Shown here: in pieces, positions 8,065 to 18,580 of the stretch | How positions within the stretch are numbered: position 1 is the first letter of the stretch | How the letters are laid out: each line of letters opens with the position of its first letter | Origin: an uncultured Nitrospirota bacterium | Lineage (GTDB): Bacteria > Nitrospirota > Thermodesulfovibrionia > Thermodesulfovibrionales > JdFR-85 | Reading direction: 5' to 3' | NCBI GenBank assembly: GCA_964515925.1 | Contig: CAZEYP010000006.1 | Coordinates: 11,591 to 75,590, forward strand | DNA: 64,000 nt | Translations under genes and position numbers: made by a program | The notes under the pieces: generated by a model | What the model saw: only the letters and a program-made list of their open reading frames with translations | Told to the model about the DNA's origin: nothing | Databases searched by the model: none

Positions 8065-9579
8065 TTAACTTTCCACAAAACTCTTTAGCCATCTTGACCT
8101 TGAAGGATGCTTTAGCTTCCTCAGGGCCTTTACCTCAATCTGCCTTACCCTTTCTCTGGTAACCTTCATATCGCGTCCAACCTCTTCAAGGGTGTGAGGT
8201 GAGCGGCTTTCATCAAGTCCATATCGCTTACGAATGACCTCCGCTTCTTTGGGATTGAGGCTTTCAAGTACTCTGTCGATCTGACGTCTCAGATCCTCCT
8301 GAATAGCCGTATCAAGAGGCGATTCGGAGACATCATCTTCAAGAAAATCCAGAAGATAGCTATCTTCATCTTCTCCCACAGGGGTTTCAAGAGAGATGGT
8401 TTCCTTTGTGGTCTTTAAGATATCCTTTACTTTCTTCTCTGGCAGGCCAGATCGGCGGGCTATTTCCTCTACAGTGGGCTCTCTTCCAAGCTCCTGAAGA
8501 AGCTCCCTCGAGATCTTGGTAATCCTGTTTATGTTTTCTATCATATGAACAGGCAGACGGATGGTTCTTGAGTGGTCTGCAAGTGCCCGTGTAATGGCCT
8601 GACGAATCCACCAGGTGGCATAGGTGCTGAACTTGTAACCTCTTTTATATTCAAACTTATCAACTGCCTTCATAAGGCCGATGTTTCCCTCCTGTATGAG
8701 GTCCTCGAAACTGAGCCCCTTGCCAATGTATTTCTTTGCAATGCTTATAACCAGTCGGAGATTGGCTTCTATTAGTTTAGACTTTGCTTCATGAATAACA
8801 TTTTCTGCTCTGGTAATAGCACCTATAACCTGTCTGAAATCTTCTATCCGCATTCCAAGTGTCTTTTCAATCTTTTTAAGTTCCTCCTCTTTCTCAGCTA
8901 TAAGGTCTACCAGAGTCAGGGTTTCTGAACTGCCTTTTTTTTCTGATGACTTTAGTCGAGCCTTCAGTTTTTTCAATTCCTTCTTTATTTCATTAATCTT
9001 TTCATGCCATCTCCTGAGTTCATCGGCAAGGATGTTTATGGCCGATTCTTTGAGGTTGAGGCTTTTTATTTCTTCCAGTATCTCCTTTCTGTTTTTTCTC
9101 AATGTCTTCGCAAGATCAACCCCGTTGTTGTCTGACTTTTTTTTCAGGAGGTTAATCCTTTTCTGTATGAGTGCCCTGATCTTAAGTGTGGTTTGATAAA
9201 AACTGTTTTTTATATCAAGAATCTCCTCTTCCTGTTCATCACCTTCAATGTTTATTATCTCATCAAGTGGGGCGTCACCCTTTTCTATTAACTCACCCAG
9301 TTCCACAATTTTCCTTAAGATATAGGGGACAGAAAAGATAGCAGCCATGAGCTGCTGTTTGCCCTTTTCTATCTGCATGGCTATCTCAATCTCACCCTGT
9401 TTTGTAAGAAGCGGCACTGCCCCCATCTCCTTCAGATAGGAGCTTATAGCGTCAATCTCTCGTTCCCTTTCAGCCTGTTCGTCTATGACATCTTCAGGTT
9501 CCTCTTCCACCGTGAAAGGCTGGCTTTCGGTTTCATCACCAAATGTCAGTTCCTCAAAAAAGTCAAAGTATTCCTTCAT
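8065..9579 (-). CDS. rpoD: RNA polymerase primary sigma factor (sigma-70)
   Basis: 504 aa. Region 2 reads [61 protein letters not shown]. Region 4 reads [20 protein letters not shown]. It lies downstream of dnaG. Confidence 0.92.
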   Translation of the reverse strand: MKEYFDFFEELTFGDETESQPFTVEEEPEDVIDEQAEREREIDAISSYLKEMGAVPLLTKQGEIEIAMQIEKGKQQLMAAIFSVPYILRKIVELGELIEKGDAPLDEIINIEGDEQEEEILDIKNSFYQTTLKIRALIQKRINLLKKKSDNNGVDLAKTLRKNRKEILEEIKSLNLKESAINILADELRRWHEKINEIKKELKKLKARLKSSEKKGSSETLTLVDLIAEKEEELKKIEKTLGMRIEDFRQVIGAITRAENVIHEAKSKLIEANLRLVISIAKKYIGKGLSFEDLIQEGNIGLMKAVDKFEYKRGYKFSTYATWWIRQAITRALADHSRTIRLPVHMIENINRITKISRELLQELGREPTVEEIARRSGLPEKKVKDILKTTKETISLETPVGEDEDSYLLDFLEDDVSESPLDTAIQEDLRRQIDRVLESLNPKEAEVIRKRYGLDESRSPHTLEEVGRDMKVTRERVRQIEVKALRKLKHPSRSRWLKSFVES

Positions 9580-11260
9580 TAACCCCCTCCTTCAGCATTT
9601 CCTGAAGTTTAATCTGCAACTCTGCCAGTAAGACCTGGTCGCCTTCTCTTTCAGCAAGCTTTATCTCCATTTCTATCTCTTTCAGCCGTCTTTTGTATTC
9701 AAGTGATTTTATCTTTTTTACACAGTCAAGTATGTTTTTTTCAATAACTGTTTCGTCAATATCAAATTTTAAAGAAACAGCACCAAAATATGAAAGCTCA
9801 TCCTCAGATAGTATCTCGTGAAAGTTTTTATCCTCTGAATTTATTATTCTGACAAATACATCCCTTAGAGCTGGCTCTCTGATAAATTCAGGTTTTATGC
9901 TTTCTTTTACTATATCGATGTATTCAGGATAGCTTATACAGAGGGCAATCAATAGAGTTTCTGGAGATGGAAGTCCATTAACCCCTCTTTGAGGTACCCC
10001 TTTATCCCTTGCAGCTCTTGAAGGATTTTTAACCTCTTCGTGTATGTAGTTTTCAGGTATGCCTGTTTTTTCAGATAGCTCTCTAATCAATTCTGCTTTC
10101 ATTATGGGATCTGTAATGCCCCTTATTATAGCTGTTAATTCCCTGATTCTGTCTGTCCGTTCTCCTTTTAGAGACAGAAAAAAATCAACGATGTCCTTTA
10201 CCCTTTTAAACTCATCTCTGAAGGAGTCGGCTCCGTGCTCTCTTAAGAATGTATCAGGGTCTGTACCGGGTGGCAGTAGCATTACCTTTGCTGTCATGTT
10301 GTTTGTATATATCAGGGAGAATGCCCTCTTTGAAGCCTTTATACCCGCATCGTCTGCGTCAAATAGTATGAGAATTTTTTTCGTCAAAGGTGATAGTTTT
10401 CTCAGATGCCCCTCTGTAAGCGCAGTGCCAAGTGGTGCAACCACATTCCTGAATCCATATTGATATGTGGTTATAACATCAAGATAACCCTCTGTGATAA
10501 TTACATATCCCTTCTGTGAGATGTGTTTTCTTGCCTGATAAAGGCCAAATAATTCCCTTGATTTGTTGAACAGGGCAGTCTGGGGGGAATTTATGTATTT
10601 GGGTGCAGGGCTTTTTTCATTAATGATTCTTCCACCAAAGGCAATTGGTTCACCCCGCGTATTTATTATAGGGAAGATCAGTCTGTCCCTGAAGGTGTCA
10701 ATGATTTCACCATCAGACTTTTTACAGAGCCCTGAAAGGATTATCTCCTCTTCCTTGAACCCCTCCTTTTTAAGGCGCTCGAGCAGTCCATTTTTACTCC
10801 GAGGGGCATAACCTATCTGGAATATCTCTACCATATCACCCTGGAGACCTCGTTTTTTTAAGTATTCCAATGCAGGGGCATGTTTCTGCAGATGTTCTTT
10901 AAAAAACTCAAGTGCAATCCTGTGCATCTGGACGAGACTGGACCGTTTGGTATTCCACTTTGACGTGCTTTTTTGCTCAACCTTTATCCCGGCTCTGTCA
11001 GCAAGCATCTTTACGGCATCTATGAACTCTACTCCTTCGTATTTCATCACAAAGCTTATGAGGTCTCCACCAACTCCACAACCAAAACAATGGAATATCT
11101 GCTTGGCAGGGCTTACAACAAAGGAAGGGGTCTTTTCTGAATGAAAGGGACAGAGTGCCTTGTAATTTGCTCCAGACTTTTTCAGTTCCAGATGCTCTGA
11201 TATGTAATCAACAATATCTATTCTGTCTCTTATTTCTTCTACTGCCTGAGAGATATTCAT
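9563..11260 (-). CDS. dnaG: DNA primase
   Basis: 565 aa. It has the zinc ribbon [30 protein letters not shown], and the Toprim motifs EGYLDV and LFDADDAG. It overlaps rpoD by 17 nt. Confidence 0.92.
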   Translation of the reverse strand: MNISQAVEEIRDRIDIVDYISEHLELKKSGANYKALCPFHSEKTPSFVVSPAKQIFHCFGCGVGGDLISFVMKYEGVEFIDAVKMLADRAGIKVEQKSTSKWNTKRSSLVQMHRIALEFFKEHLQKHAPALEYLKKRGLQGDMVEIFQIGYAPRSKNGLLERLKKEGFKEEEIILSGLCKKSDGEIIDTFRDRLIFPIINTRGEPIAFGGRIINEKSPAPKYINSPQTALFNKSRELFGLYQARKHISQKGYVIITEGYLDVITTYQYGFRNVVAPLGTALTEGHLRKLSPLTKKILILFDADDAGIKASKRAFSLIYTNNMTAKVMLLPPGTDPDTFLREHGADSFRDEFKRVKDIVDFFLSLKGERTDRIRELTAIIRGITDPIMKAELIRELSEKTGIPENYIHEEVKNPSRAARDKGVPQRGVNGLPSPETLLIALCISYPEYIDIVKESIKPEFIREPALRDVFVRIINSEDKNFHEILSEDELSYFGAVSLKFDIDETVIEKNILDCVKKIKSLEYKRRLKEIEMEIKLAEREGDQVLLAELQIKLQEMLKEGVNEGIL

Positions 11261-11278
11261 TGGGGAGTCGTTGCTTTT

Positions 11279-12232
11279 TTAATGCCTCTTTATTCTTTTA
11301 AAACCCGAAATCTCAATTACCTCCACAGAGGGCTCCAGAATCTGGTCGAAAAGAAGGTTTAGCCCGAGGTTATCACTTGCAATGTGTCCTGCAATTACCA
11401 CATTGAGATGATTTTTCTCCGCCTCCTTTCTATGCTCCTCACTTAGATGCATTGCAACGATGGTGTTAATACCACTCTGGGTAAGGCTTGAAAATATCTC
11501 CTTTGCCCCTTCTGTGCCACCAGTCATGTCAACAAAGACCTTACCAGCCTTTCTCTTTTCAGAACCGATTAGTACCTTGGGACCTGCGCCCACCTTTTTC
11601 GCTTCTCTGTACTCAGGTATTTCAAGAAGAAGGTCAATCAGGTCTGACACCCTGTAAGGTGCCTTCTCATCAAACAGCCTCTGCAGGTATGAGGCCACCA
11701 TGTTGTCTGCGGGAGTATGAAGGCAGACAAAGGGGAGCCCAAGAACCCTGGCAGCATCTACTGCCCTGTTGTGATTGATGGGCATAAGTCTGCGCTGCAC
11801 TTCCTTAATTCTTCCTTCCATAAGGGATTCTGCTATGTTTATTGGAACACCAAAACGGTGTAGAATGTCTGCCTGTATCTTCATCACATCGTAAAGATTA
11901 GCAAAGGCCATTCCCTCTGGATGATGAGAAACCACAAGGTCTATGGCTCTACCCTTTGACCTGAGGTGATCAACAAGCACTATCTCACCCACCTCAATGT
12001 CAATACCTGCAATCAGGGTCTTAACCTCTTCTTCTCCAGTGCCATTAAGGATGCGTGTATCAGAGTAGGGATTTTGAAGGGACTCAGTGTCGAAAAATTC
12101 CCTTTCCCTTTCTTTAAGCTCTTCAAATCTCTTTCTTGCCTCTTCTATCTCCTTTTGTACTATGTCTTTTCCTCTGGGGTCATTCTGTATTCCTGTTTTG
12201 ACAGCCCTTTCATATATTTCTCTAAGTGTCAT
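11279..12232 (-). CDS. NIF3 (NGG1p-interacting factor 3) family metal-binding protein
   Basis: The start is moved to MTLREIY (ATG 12232, AAGGAGG upstream). DLVVSHHPEG and HTPADN / HIASDN motifs are typical of the Nif3/YbgI family. The position between yqeY and dnaG matches a common operon arrangement. Confidence 0.75.
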   Translation of the reverse strand: MTLREIYERAVKTGIQNDPRGKDIVQKEIEEARKRFEELKEREREFFDTESLQNPYSDTRILNGTGEEEVKTLIAGIDIEVGEIVLVDHLRSKGRAIDLVVSHHPEGMAFANLYDVMKIQADILHRFGVPINIAESLMEGRIKEVQRRLMPINHNRAVDAARVLGLPFVCLHTPADNMVASYLQRLFDEKAPYRVSDLIDLLLEIPEYREAKKVGAGPKVLIGSEKRKAGKVFVDMTGGTEGAKEIFSSLTQSGINTIVAMHLSEEHRKEAEKNHLNVVIAGHIASDNLGLNLLFDQILEPSVEVIEISGFKRIKRH

Positions 12233-12452
12233 AGAAATCCTCCTTTTATGTGCTGGTTTTCCAGAGTCCTGTCCTCTAAGCCCTGACATTAGTATAACAA
12301 AAGCACTGATGCCCTTTGATGACCCTTGGGTTGGGGATACTATAAGAATAGATAATTAAACCTGTCCTCATACATTGGAAGTCTCGTGCTATGGCCATGC
12401 AAATTAATTAAGTATATTGTCACACATTATGTTCTAACAGGATTATTTGTAG

Positions 12453-12896
12453 TTAAGATAGCAGTTCACGAACCATTTGATTTACTATTTTGCCATCTGC
12501 TCTACCCTTTATTCTGGGCATAAGTGCTTTCATCACTCTGCCAATGTCTTTTGGGGAGGATGCACCGGTTTCCTCTATGGTTTCTTTAATTAGCCTTAGC
12601 AGTTCATCTTCGGTGAGTTGTTCAGGCAGATAACGCTGAAGCACAGCAAGCTCTGCCTTTTCCTTACTGGCGAGGTCCTCCCGACCTGCTTTCTCGTACT
12701 CAGCAATGGATTCTCTTATCTGTTTGGCCTGAGATGACAACACCGTCAGTATGTCGTCATCGGTAAGAGCTTTTCCTTTTTGTATCTCTTTGTTCTTTAA
12801 GGCAGACTTCAAGAGTCGTAAGACAGAGACACTCAAACGGTCACCTGATTTGAGTGCCTCCTTGAGATCAGAATCGATTTTTTCTCTAATGGTCAT
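12453..12896 (-). CDS. GatB/YqeY domain protein
   Basis: 147 aa. [38 protein letters not shown]... is a typical YqeY family N-terminus. It directly follows rpsU. Confidence 0.8.
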   Translation of the reverse strand: MTIREKIDSDLKEALKSGDRLSVSVLRLLKSALKNKEIQKGKALTDDDILTVLSSQAKQIRESIAEYEKAGREDLASKEKAELAVLQRYLPEQLTEDELLRLIKETIEETGASSPKDIGRVMKALMPRIKGRADGKIVNQMVRELLS

Positions 12897-13096
12897 TAGC
12901 GACGGGTAGCCATCTTCATTCTCTTTAGTGCCTTCTTGCGTGCAGCCAGCATTTTTTTCTTTCTCTTTACGCTTGGCTTTTCGTAGTGCTCTCTCTTTTT
13001 GATCTCAGAGAGAATACCCTCCTTCTCACACTGCTTCTTGAATCTCTTCAGTGCAAGTTCGAAGGATTCGCTTTCCTTCACACTAACGGTAGGCAT
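12896..13096 (-). CDS. rpsU: 30S ribosomal protein S21
   Basis: 66 aa, basic: [42 protein letters not shown]. Confidence 0.92.
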   Translation of the reverse strand: MPTVSVKESESFELALKRFKKQCEKEGILSEIKKREHYEKPSVKRKKKMLAARKKALKRMKMATRR

Positions 13097-13132
13097 TAAA
13101 TATACACGCTCCTCTCCATAGAGTTATTATTT

Positions 13133-13174
13133 TAAATAATATACCAGTTGATGTAAATAATATACCAGTTGATG
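13133..13174. repeat. perfect 21-bp tandem duplication (TAAATAATATACCAGTTGATG x2)
   Basis: 13133..13153 is identical to 13154..13174. It lies in the divergent rpsU / membrane-protein promoter region. Confidence 0.9.
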
Positions 13175-13225
13175 AGATTATATGTCAAGAAAATATCCTG
13201 TAAATACAGGTTGTTATGGATAAAT

Positions 13226-13258
13226 ACAGGGAGTAGGGTGTAGGGAGTAGGGGGTATG
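13226..13258 (+). repeat. G-tract heptamer array (ACAGGGAGTAGGGTGTAGGGAGTAGGGGGTATGG)
   Basis: Same motif family as 3656..3755. It contains four GGG tracts separated by 4-nt loops (13229..13254). Confidence 0.85.
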
Positions 13259-13304
13259 GCTCAACTTGTTTTTGGCATACTGATAACACACCATTTAAAT
13301 AAGT

Positions 13305-13310
13305 TATAAT
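13305..13310 (+). promoter_or_regulatory. candidate -10 box (TATAAT) 6 nt upstream of ATG 13317; leaderless-type arrangement
   Basis: aagtTATAATcaatggATG. There is no SD between the box and the start, and the -35 is weak. Confidence 0.4.
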
Positions 13311-13316
13311 CAATGG

Positions 13317-14504
13317 ATGATTGACCTTCTAAAGGTAGCCTGTGTTTTTGTTGTAATCCTTCTTCTTTTAAGAAAAAAGATGAAGGTGGGTTATGTGCTG
13401 CTCATAGCCTCTCTGGTGCTTTATCTGTTTTACATGCCAGGGGCTATGGGTGTAAAGAGTATCATAAAAAGAACCCTCCTTTCACACATAACCCTTGTGT
13501 TGTTGATTGCACTTACTGCCATAAGGATGTTTGAGATGATACTCAGAGAAAGGCAGGTGCTTGATGGGATGATGAAAACAATGGAAAGGCTGCTCAGGCA
13601 TAAAAGGCTTGTTGTTGTATCAATGCCTCTTCTAATAGGTATGATGCCATCAGTGGGGGGTGCCTATTTCTCTGCTCCCATGGTTGATAAGGCAACCTCG
13701 GATATGGAGCTAACACCTGAGGAAAAGACCTTTGCCAATTACTGGTACAGGCATCCCTGGGAATTTGTTCTTCCACTATATCCAGGGGTGGTGCTTGCAT
13801 CTGCAATAACCTCTATTGCATTAAGAGTGCTAATTCTACACAATCTACCTTATGCGGTGGTGATGTTTCTGGTTGGATTTTATTTCATAAAGCGAATAAA
13901 GGGTAAAAACATGACAGTAAGCAGAGGGCAGAGAGGATGGGCATATTTCCTGCCGCTTATGATACTGCTTTTTCTGGTTATTGGATTAAATCTGCCTATA
14001 GAATATGCCTTGTTGATTGTTGTTACAGGTTTGTTAGCCTTTTATCGTTATAGTTTAAAGAAGATAATAAGTGTCATTAAGTATGGCCTTTCTCCAGACA
14101 TTATACTTTTGATTCTTGGTGTGGTTTGCTTCAAGGAGACCCTCGAGATAACCGGTGCAGTTCAAAATATAGGTGATTTTTTCAAACAAAACAATATACC
14201 TCTTCTGCCAGTAGTATTTTTTCTGCCATTTATCACCGGTATCCTGACAGGGATAACAGTTGGCTTTGTAAGCAGTACCTTTCCGTTGATACTGAGCCTT
14301 ACAGGTCCTGAGCCTTATCTTTTCTCACTTGCCTTTGCAGCAGGTTACGCAGGGGTACTGCTTTCTCCTGTGCATGTCTGCCTTATACTTACAAGGGAGT
14401 ACTTCTGTGCTGATGTGCTTCCTTCATACCGCAAGATTTTGCCTGCCACATTAATTGTTGTAGCTGTGGCCCTCATCAAGTATTCCCTATGGAAGTTAAT
14501 GTAG
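13317..14504 (+). CDS. polytopic integral membrane protein (resembles the DUF401 family from memory)
   Basis: 395 aa with about 10 or more hydrophobic segments and no recognisable catalytic motif. Confidence 0.5.
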   Translation: MIDLLKVACVFVVILLLLRKKMKVGYVLLIASLVLYLFYMPGAMGVKSIIKRTLLSHITLVLLIALTAIRMFEMILRERQVLDGMMKTMERLLRHKRLVVVSMPLLIGMMPSVGGAYFSAPMVDKATSDMELTPEEKTFANYWYRHPWEFVLPLYPGVVLASAITSIALRVLILHNLPYAVVMFLVGFYFIKRIKGKNMTVSRGQRGWAYFLPLMILLFLVIGLNLPIEYALLIVVTGLLAFYRYSLKKIISVIKYGLSPDIILLILGVVCFKETLEITGAVQNIGDFFKQNNIPLLPVVFFLPFITGILTGITVGFVSSTFPLILSLTGPEPYLFSLAFAAGYAGVLLSPVHVCLILTREYFCADVLPSYRKILPATLIVVAVALIKYSLWKLM

Positions 14505-14599
14505 TTGCCTATTGTGGGATCAAAAAGCGAAGCATCTTGCTCAGTTGCTTTGCCTTTGCTATGCTCAGGCTCAGATAGCTCCTTCTAATTTGATTTTTT

Positions 14600-14631
14600 T
14601 ACTGACCATAGTCTAAAATACTGACCACAGT
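14600..14631 (+). promoter_or_regulatory. direct repeat TACTGACCA(T/C)AGT x2, 19-bp period, upstream of the psr-like operon
   Basis: 14600..14612 tactgaccatagt and 14619..14631 tactgaccacagt (12/13 identical), about 110 bp upstream of ATG 14738 in an A/T-rich spacer. Confidence 0.3.
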
Positions 14632-14737
14632 TTAATAGATAAAAAGATATATAAGATATTATAATATAAGAAATTTTAAATAAACTAAATATTTAATTTT
14701 AAGAATATCCACAAAAAATCCGAAAGGAGCGAGAGAA

Positions 14738-16936
14738 ATGGGAATCAGCAGGCGAGAGTTTATCAAGTATGCTGCACTGGGTCTTGCTGGCTCAGCAGCG
14801 CTAACCACAGAGGTTTTTAAACCTCTTTCGGCAATGGGGCTTGATGATGACCGTGCAGTACTAAAGCATGTTCCCACCGTATGCGAGATGTGCTTCTGGA
14901 TGTGTGGTGCTATAGGGAGGGTGGTAAACGGAAGGCTTGTTAAACTTGAGGGTAACCCCCTTCATCCAAAAAGCCGTGGCCGTCTCTGTGCAAGGGGTAA
15001 TGCCGGAATGGGCCTTCTTTATGACCGCGACAGGCTAAAGGCTCCTCTCATTAGAACAGGTGCCAGAGGAGAAAACAAGTACAAGAAGGCATCCTGGGAT
15101 GAGGCCCTCAATTATGTGGCTGACAGGATGACCAAGATCAAGGAAAAATACGGTCCCGAGGCAATAGCCCTTTTTGCCCATGGCTCCCCGGGCAGTTATT
15201 TCTTTGATCTGCTTCTTGCAATGGGCTCTCCTAATATTACCTTTCCATCGTTTTCACAGTGCCTTGGGGCCAGGAATGTGGGATATGAACTGACCTTTGG
15301 AGAAGACCCTGGCTCAGGCCCTGAGAGGGTGGATATGGCAAACAGCAGGGTTATTGCCATGTTTGCCACTCACCTTGGTGAAAATATGCATAACTCACAG
15401 GTTCAGGATTTCACAGAGGCTGTTGGCAGAGGAGTAAAGCTGATTGTAGTTGACCCAAGATTCTCCACAGCAGCAGGCAAGGCACATTACTGGCTACAGA
15501 TCAAACCCGGCACTGACCTGGCATTGATGCTTGCCTGGCTTCATGTACTTATTTATGAGAAATGGTATGACGAGGATTATATAAGAAAATATACAGAGGG
15601 GTTTGAGGAGCTTAAGAAGGGTGTAAAGGACTACACCCCTGAGTGGGCAGAAAAGGAGACCGATATACCTGCAAGGTTAATCGTTGAGACAGCAAGGGAG
15701 CTCGGACGCTACAGGCCAAATGTGGTTGTTCATCCAGGCAGACATTATTCATGGCATGGTAATGACACCCAGAGGGCAAGGGCAAACGCCCTGCTGAATG
15801 CGGTACTTGGTACCTGGGGTGCAAGGGGTGGCATTTATCTGAAACCCCACGCAAAGCTTCCGTCGCTGAAGGGTAAACCCTTTCCTGAGCCACAGAGAGA
15901 ATCTATAGCTGTACCAGATAAGTATCCCTTTGCAGGTGGTGAGGGACTAACCAATGAGGTAAGAAGAGCCACTATAACGGGTGATCCCTATCCAATAAAG
16001 GCATGGATTGTAGTGGGAACCAATCTGGTGAAGACCCTTCCAAATCAGAAAGAGACACTTCAGGCAATAAAGAATCTTGACCTCTTCGTAAGCGTTGATG
16101 TGATGCCAATGGATACCACCATGCTTGCAGATGTAATACTGCCTGAGACCACATATCTTGAAAGACATGATGAACTAAAAAAGGTCTATGCAAAGTCACT
16201 GGGAATTGCACTGAGGCAGCCAGTGGTAAAGCCACTTTTTGAGGTAAAACCAGCATGGTGGATTGCCAAGCAGCTTGCAAAGAGGCTTGGCCTTGAGGAT
16301 TACTTCCCTTATAATCAGCTTGAAGACAAACTCCGCAAGCAGGCAAAGCTCTGGAATATAGACTACGATGAACTGAAGAGAAAGGGCTATCATGTAATAC
16401 CAAACTCGGCAAGGCCCTATTTTGGTCCTGACAATCCACCGAAATTCAAAACAGAGTCTGGAAAGATAAATCTCTACAGCAAAGAACTCGAGGCCTATGG
16501 CTTTGACCCGATTCCAAAATACACAAGGGTTGAGCAACCTCCCGAGGGTTATATGAGACTTCTGTATGGAAGGGTTCCAATGCACACCTTTACAAGAACG
16601 GTAAATAACAAGTGGCTCTGGGAACTTAAGAAGGAAAACCATGTATGGATAAACACAGAGGTTGCCAAGAGACTCAATATAAAGGATGGTGAGTATGTGG
16701 TGCTTGAAAACCAGGATGGCATACGAAGCAATAAGGTACTTGCAAAGGTAACAGAAAGGATAAGAAAGGATTGCGTCTATCTACCTCATGGTTTTGGTCA
16801 GATGTCAAAGCTTCTAAGCAGGGCCTATATGAGAGGTGCAGATGACCAGGGGCTGATAACAAAGTACAAGGTGGATCCCATATCAGGTGTAACAGGGATG
16901 AGGGTTAACTTTGTAAAGATTATAAAGGAGGCTTAG
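14738..16936 (+). CDS. molybdopterin oxidoreductase catalytic subunit, PsrA/PhsA (polysulfide/thiosulfate reductase-like) family
   Basis: 732 aa with Tat signal SRREFIKYAALGLAGSAAL and N-terminal CEMCFWMCG...C Fe-S motif. It is followed by 4Fe-4S and NrfD-type subunits. Substrate cannot be assigned from sequence. Confidence 0.8.
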   Translation: MGISRREFIKYAALGLAGSAALTTEVFKPLSAMGLDDDRAVLKHVPTVCEMCFWMCGAIGRVVNGRLVKLEGNPLHPKSRGRLCARGNAGMGLLYDRDRLKAPLIRTGARGENKYKKASWDEALNYVADRMTKIKEKYGPEAIALFAHGSPGSYFFDLLLAMGSPNITFPSFSQCLGARNVGYELTFGEDPGSGPERVDMANSRVIAMFATHLGENMHNSQVQDFTEAVGRGVKLIVVDPRFSTAAGKAHYWLQIKPGTDLALMLAWLHVLIYEKWYDEDYIRKYTEGFEELKKGVKDYTPEWAEKETDIPARLIVETARELGRYRPNVVVHPGRHYSWHGNDTQRARANALLNAVLGTWGARGGIYLKPHAKLPSLKGKPFPEPQRESIAVPDKYPFAGGEGLTNEVRRATITGDPYPIKAWIVVGTNLVKTLPNQKETLQAIKNLDLFVSVDVMPMDTTMLADVILPETTYLERHDELKKVYAKSLGIALRQPVVKPLFEVKPAWWIAKQLAKRLGLEDYFPYNQLEDKLRKQAKLWNIDYDELKRKGYHVIPNSARPYFGPDNPPKFKTESGKINLYSKELEAYGFDPIPKYTRVEQPPEGYMRLLYGRVPMHTFTRTVNNKWLWELKKENHVWINTEVAKRLNIKDGEYVVLENQDGIRSNKVLAKVTERIRKDCVYLPHGFGQMSKLLSRAYMRGADDQGLITKYKVDPISGVTGMRVNFVKIIKEA

Positions 16937-16940
16937 AGAG

Positions 16941-17498
16941 ATGCCAAAGTATGCAATGGTTATAGACCAGCGTCGTTGTATCGGTTGTCTTGCATGCATT
17001 GTGGCTTGCAAGCGAGAAAATCATGTTCCAGAGGAGCACTACAGGACAAGGGTAGTGGAGGAAGTAAATGGTAAGGCACCAAAGCTAAGGATGGAGCTCC
17101 GCTCTGAGCTTTGCAATCACTGTGACAATCCCCCCTGCGTGTATAACTGCCCAACCGGAGCATCCTATAAGGATGAAGACGGCACAGTACAGATAGACCG
17201 TAATAAATGCGTTGGTTGTAAGGCATGTATTGCTGCATGCCCTTACGATGCCCGTTACATTGACCCCGAGCATGGCTATGCAGACAAGTGCACCTTCTGT
17301 CAGCACCGGTTGAAGGTTGGAAAGGAGCCTGCCTGTGTTGCAACCTGTATCGGCAAGTCAAGGATCTTTGGTAATCTTGAAGACCCCTACAGCAAGGTGA
17401 GCCAGCTGCTTAAAGAGTACAGTTCCTATGTGAGACTGCCAGAGGCTGGAACCCATCCGAGGGTCTTTTATATCCGTAAACAATCAAAGCCAGAATAA
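16941..17498 (+). CDS. 4Fe-4S ferredoxin-type electron transfer subunit (PsrB/NrfC family)
   Basis: 185 aa with CIGCLACIVACK, CNHCDNPPCVYNCP, CVGCKACIAACP and CTFC...C clusters. Confidence 0.85.
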   Translation: MPKYAMVIDQRRCIGCLACIVACKRENHVPEEHYRTRVVEEVNGKAPKLRMELRSELCNHCDNPPCVYNCPTGASYKDEDGTVQIDRNKCVGCKACIAACPYDARYIDPEHGYADKCTFCQHRLKVGKEPACVATCIGKSRIFGNLEDPYSKVSQLLKEYSSYVRLPEAGTHPRVFYIRKQSKPE

Positions 17499-17511
17499 AA
17501 GGAGGTTTAAG

Positions 17512-18498
17512 ATGGAACTCACTATATACGGAACAAATGCATTGACCTATCCCCACCTGCATATCTGGGACTGGAGGATAGCAAGCTATCTTTTCCTTGG
17601 CGGCCTGACCGGTGGAGCACTGGTCATGTCTGCCATTGCCAACCTCAGAAAGGGGAAGAAAGAGCCCGAAGACAGGGCATGCTGTGTGAAGGTGCCTCTT
17701 ATAGCTCCGTTTATACTGATGCTTGGTATGTTTTTCATATTCCTTGATGTTGAAAGAAAGCTCAATTCTTTTCATTTCTATCTGACCTTTCAGCCTCTTT
17801 CACCCATGTCGTGGGGTGCCTGGGGTGTGGGTGCAGTGGTTCCGCTTAGTTTTCTTTATGGTTTGTCCACGGTGCCTGATGACTTGAAACACTGGCTTGT
17901 TTTTGATTTTCTCAAAAAGTGGTCTAAAAAGCTGAATCCCTACATGCGGGAGCTGGCGGTTATTAACTTTGTAATGGGTATCTTTGTGGGCATATACACT
18001 GGTGTGCTTCTTAGTTCCTTTGTGGCAAGACCACTCTGGAATTCGGCTCTGCTTCCCATACTGTTTCTGAATTCAGCCCTGTCTACAGGAGCAGCGCTGG
18101 TGATAATAATGGCAAGGAAAAACGAGGTGAAGCTCTTCTTCACAAAGGTGGATATATGGCTGATATTTTCAGAGATTACCCTTATTGCCCTGTTCTTCTA
18201 TGGCCATTACACATCCACTGCGTCTCACAGGGAATCAATAATGCCCTTTTTTACCTTCTCCCATGAGTTTTTCCCTTACTGGATCAGTGTCCTCCTTCTG
18301 AGCATCATATTCCCTCTTGCCATTGTGCTTAAATTCCTTGAGGTAAAGGGTGAGCATTCAGAGACACTGACTGGATTTGAGAAGTTCAGGATGAACCTCA
18401 GCGCCATTCTTGTGCTGGTTGGTGGATTCATTATCAGGATGGCACTTATCTATGCAGGTCAGCTTATTAAGATGACAGACAAGATAGCGAAGTTTTAA
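17512..18498 (+). CDS. NrfD/PsrC-type integral membrane quinol-interacting anchor subunit
   Basis: 328 aa with about 8 TM segments. It is the third gene of an A-B-C complex iron-sulfur molybdoenzyme operon. Confidence 0.75.
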   Translation: MELTIYGTNALTYPHLHIWDWRIASYLFLGGLTGGALVMSAIANLRKGKKEPEDRACCVKVPLIAPFILMLGMFFIFLDVERKLNSFHFYLTFQPLSPMSWGAWGVGAVVPLSFLYGLSTVPDDLKHWLVFDFLKKWSKKLNPYMRELAVINFVMGIFVGIYTGVLLSSFVARPLWNSALLPILFLNSALSTGAALVIIMARKNEVKLFFTKVDIWLIFSEITLIALFFYGHYTSTASHRESIMPFFTFSHEFFPYWISVLLLSIIFPLAIVLKFLEVKGEHSETLTGFEKFRMNLSAILVLVGGFIIRMALIYAGQLIKMTDKIAKF

Positions 18499-18527
18499 GG
18501 AAATAAAATAACAACTGTGAGTGTAAG

Positions 18528-18566
18528 AAGAAGGGGTGCTGTGACTTTGTCACAGCACCCCTTCTT
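18528..18566. terminator. bidirectional intrinsic terminator hairpin between psrC-like (+) and lysC (-)
   Basis: The 18-bp perfect stem aagaaggggtgctgtgac / gtcacagcaccccttctt has a ttt loop and T-rich flanks on both strands. Confidence 0.75.
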
Positions 18567-18580
18567 TATCAGAAAACACC

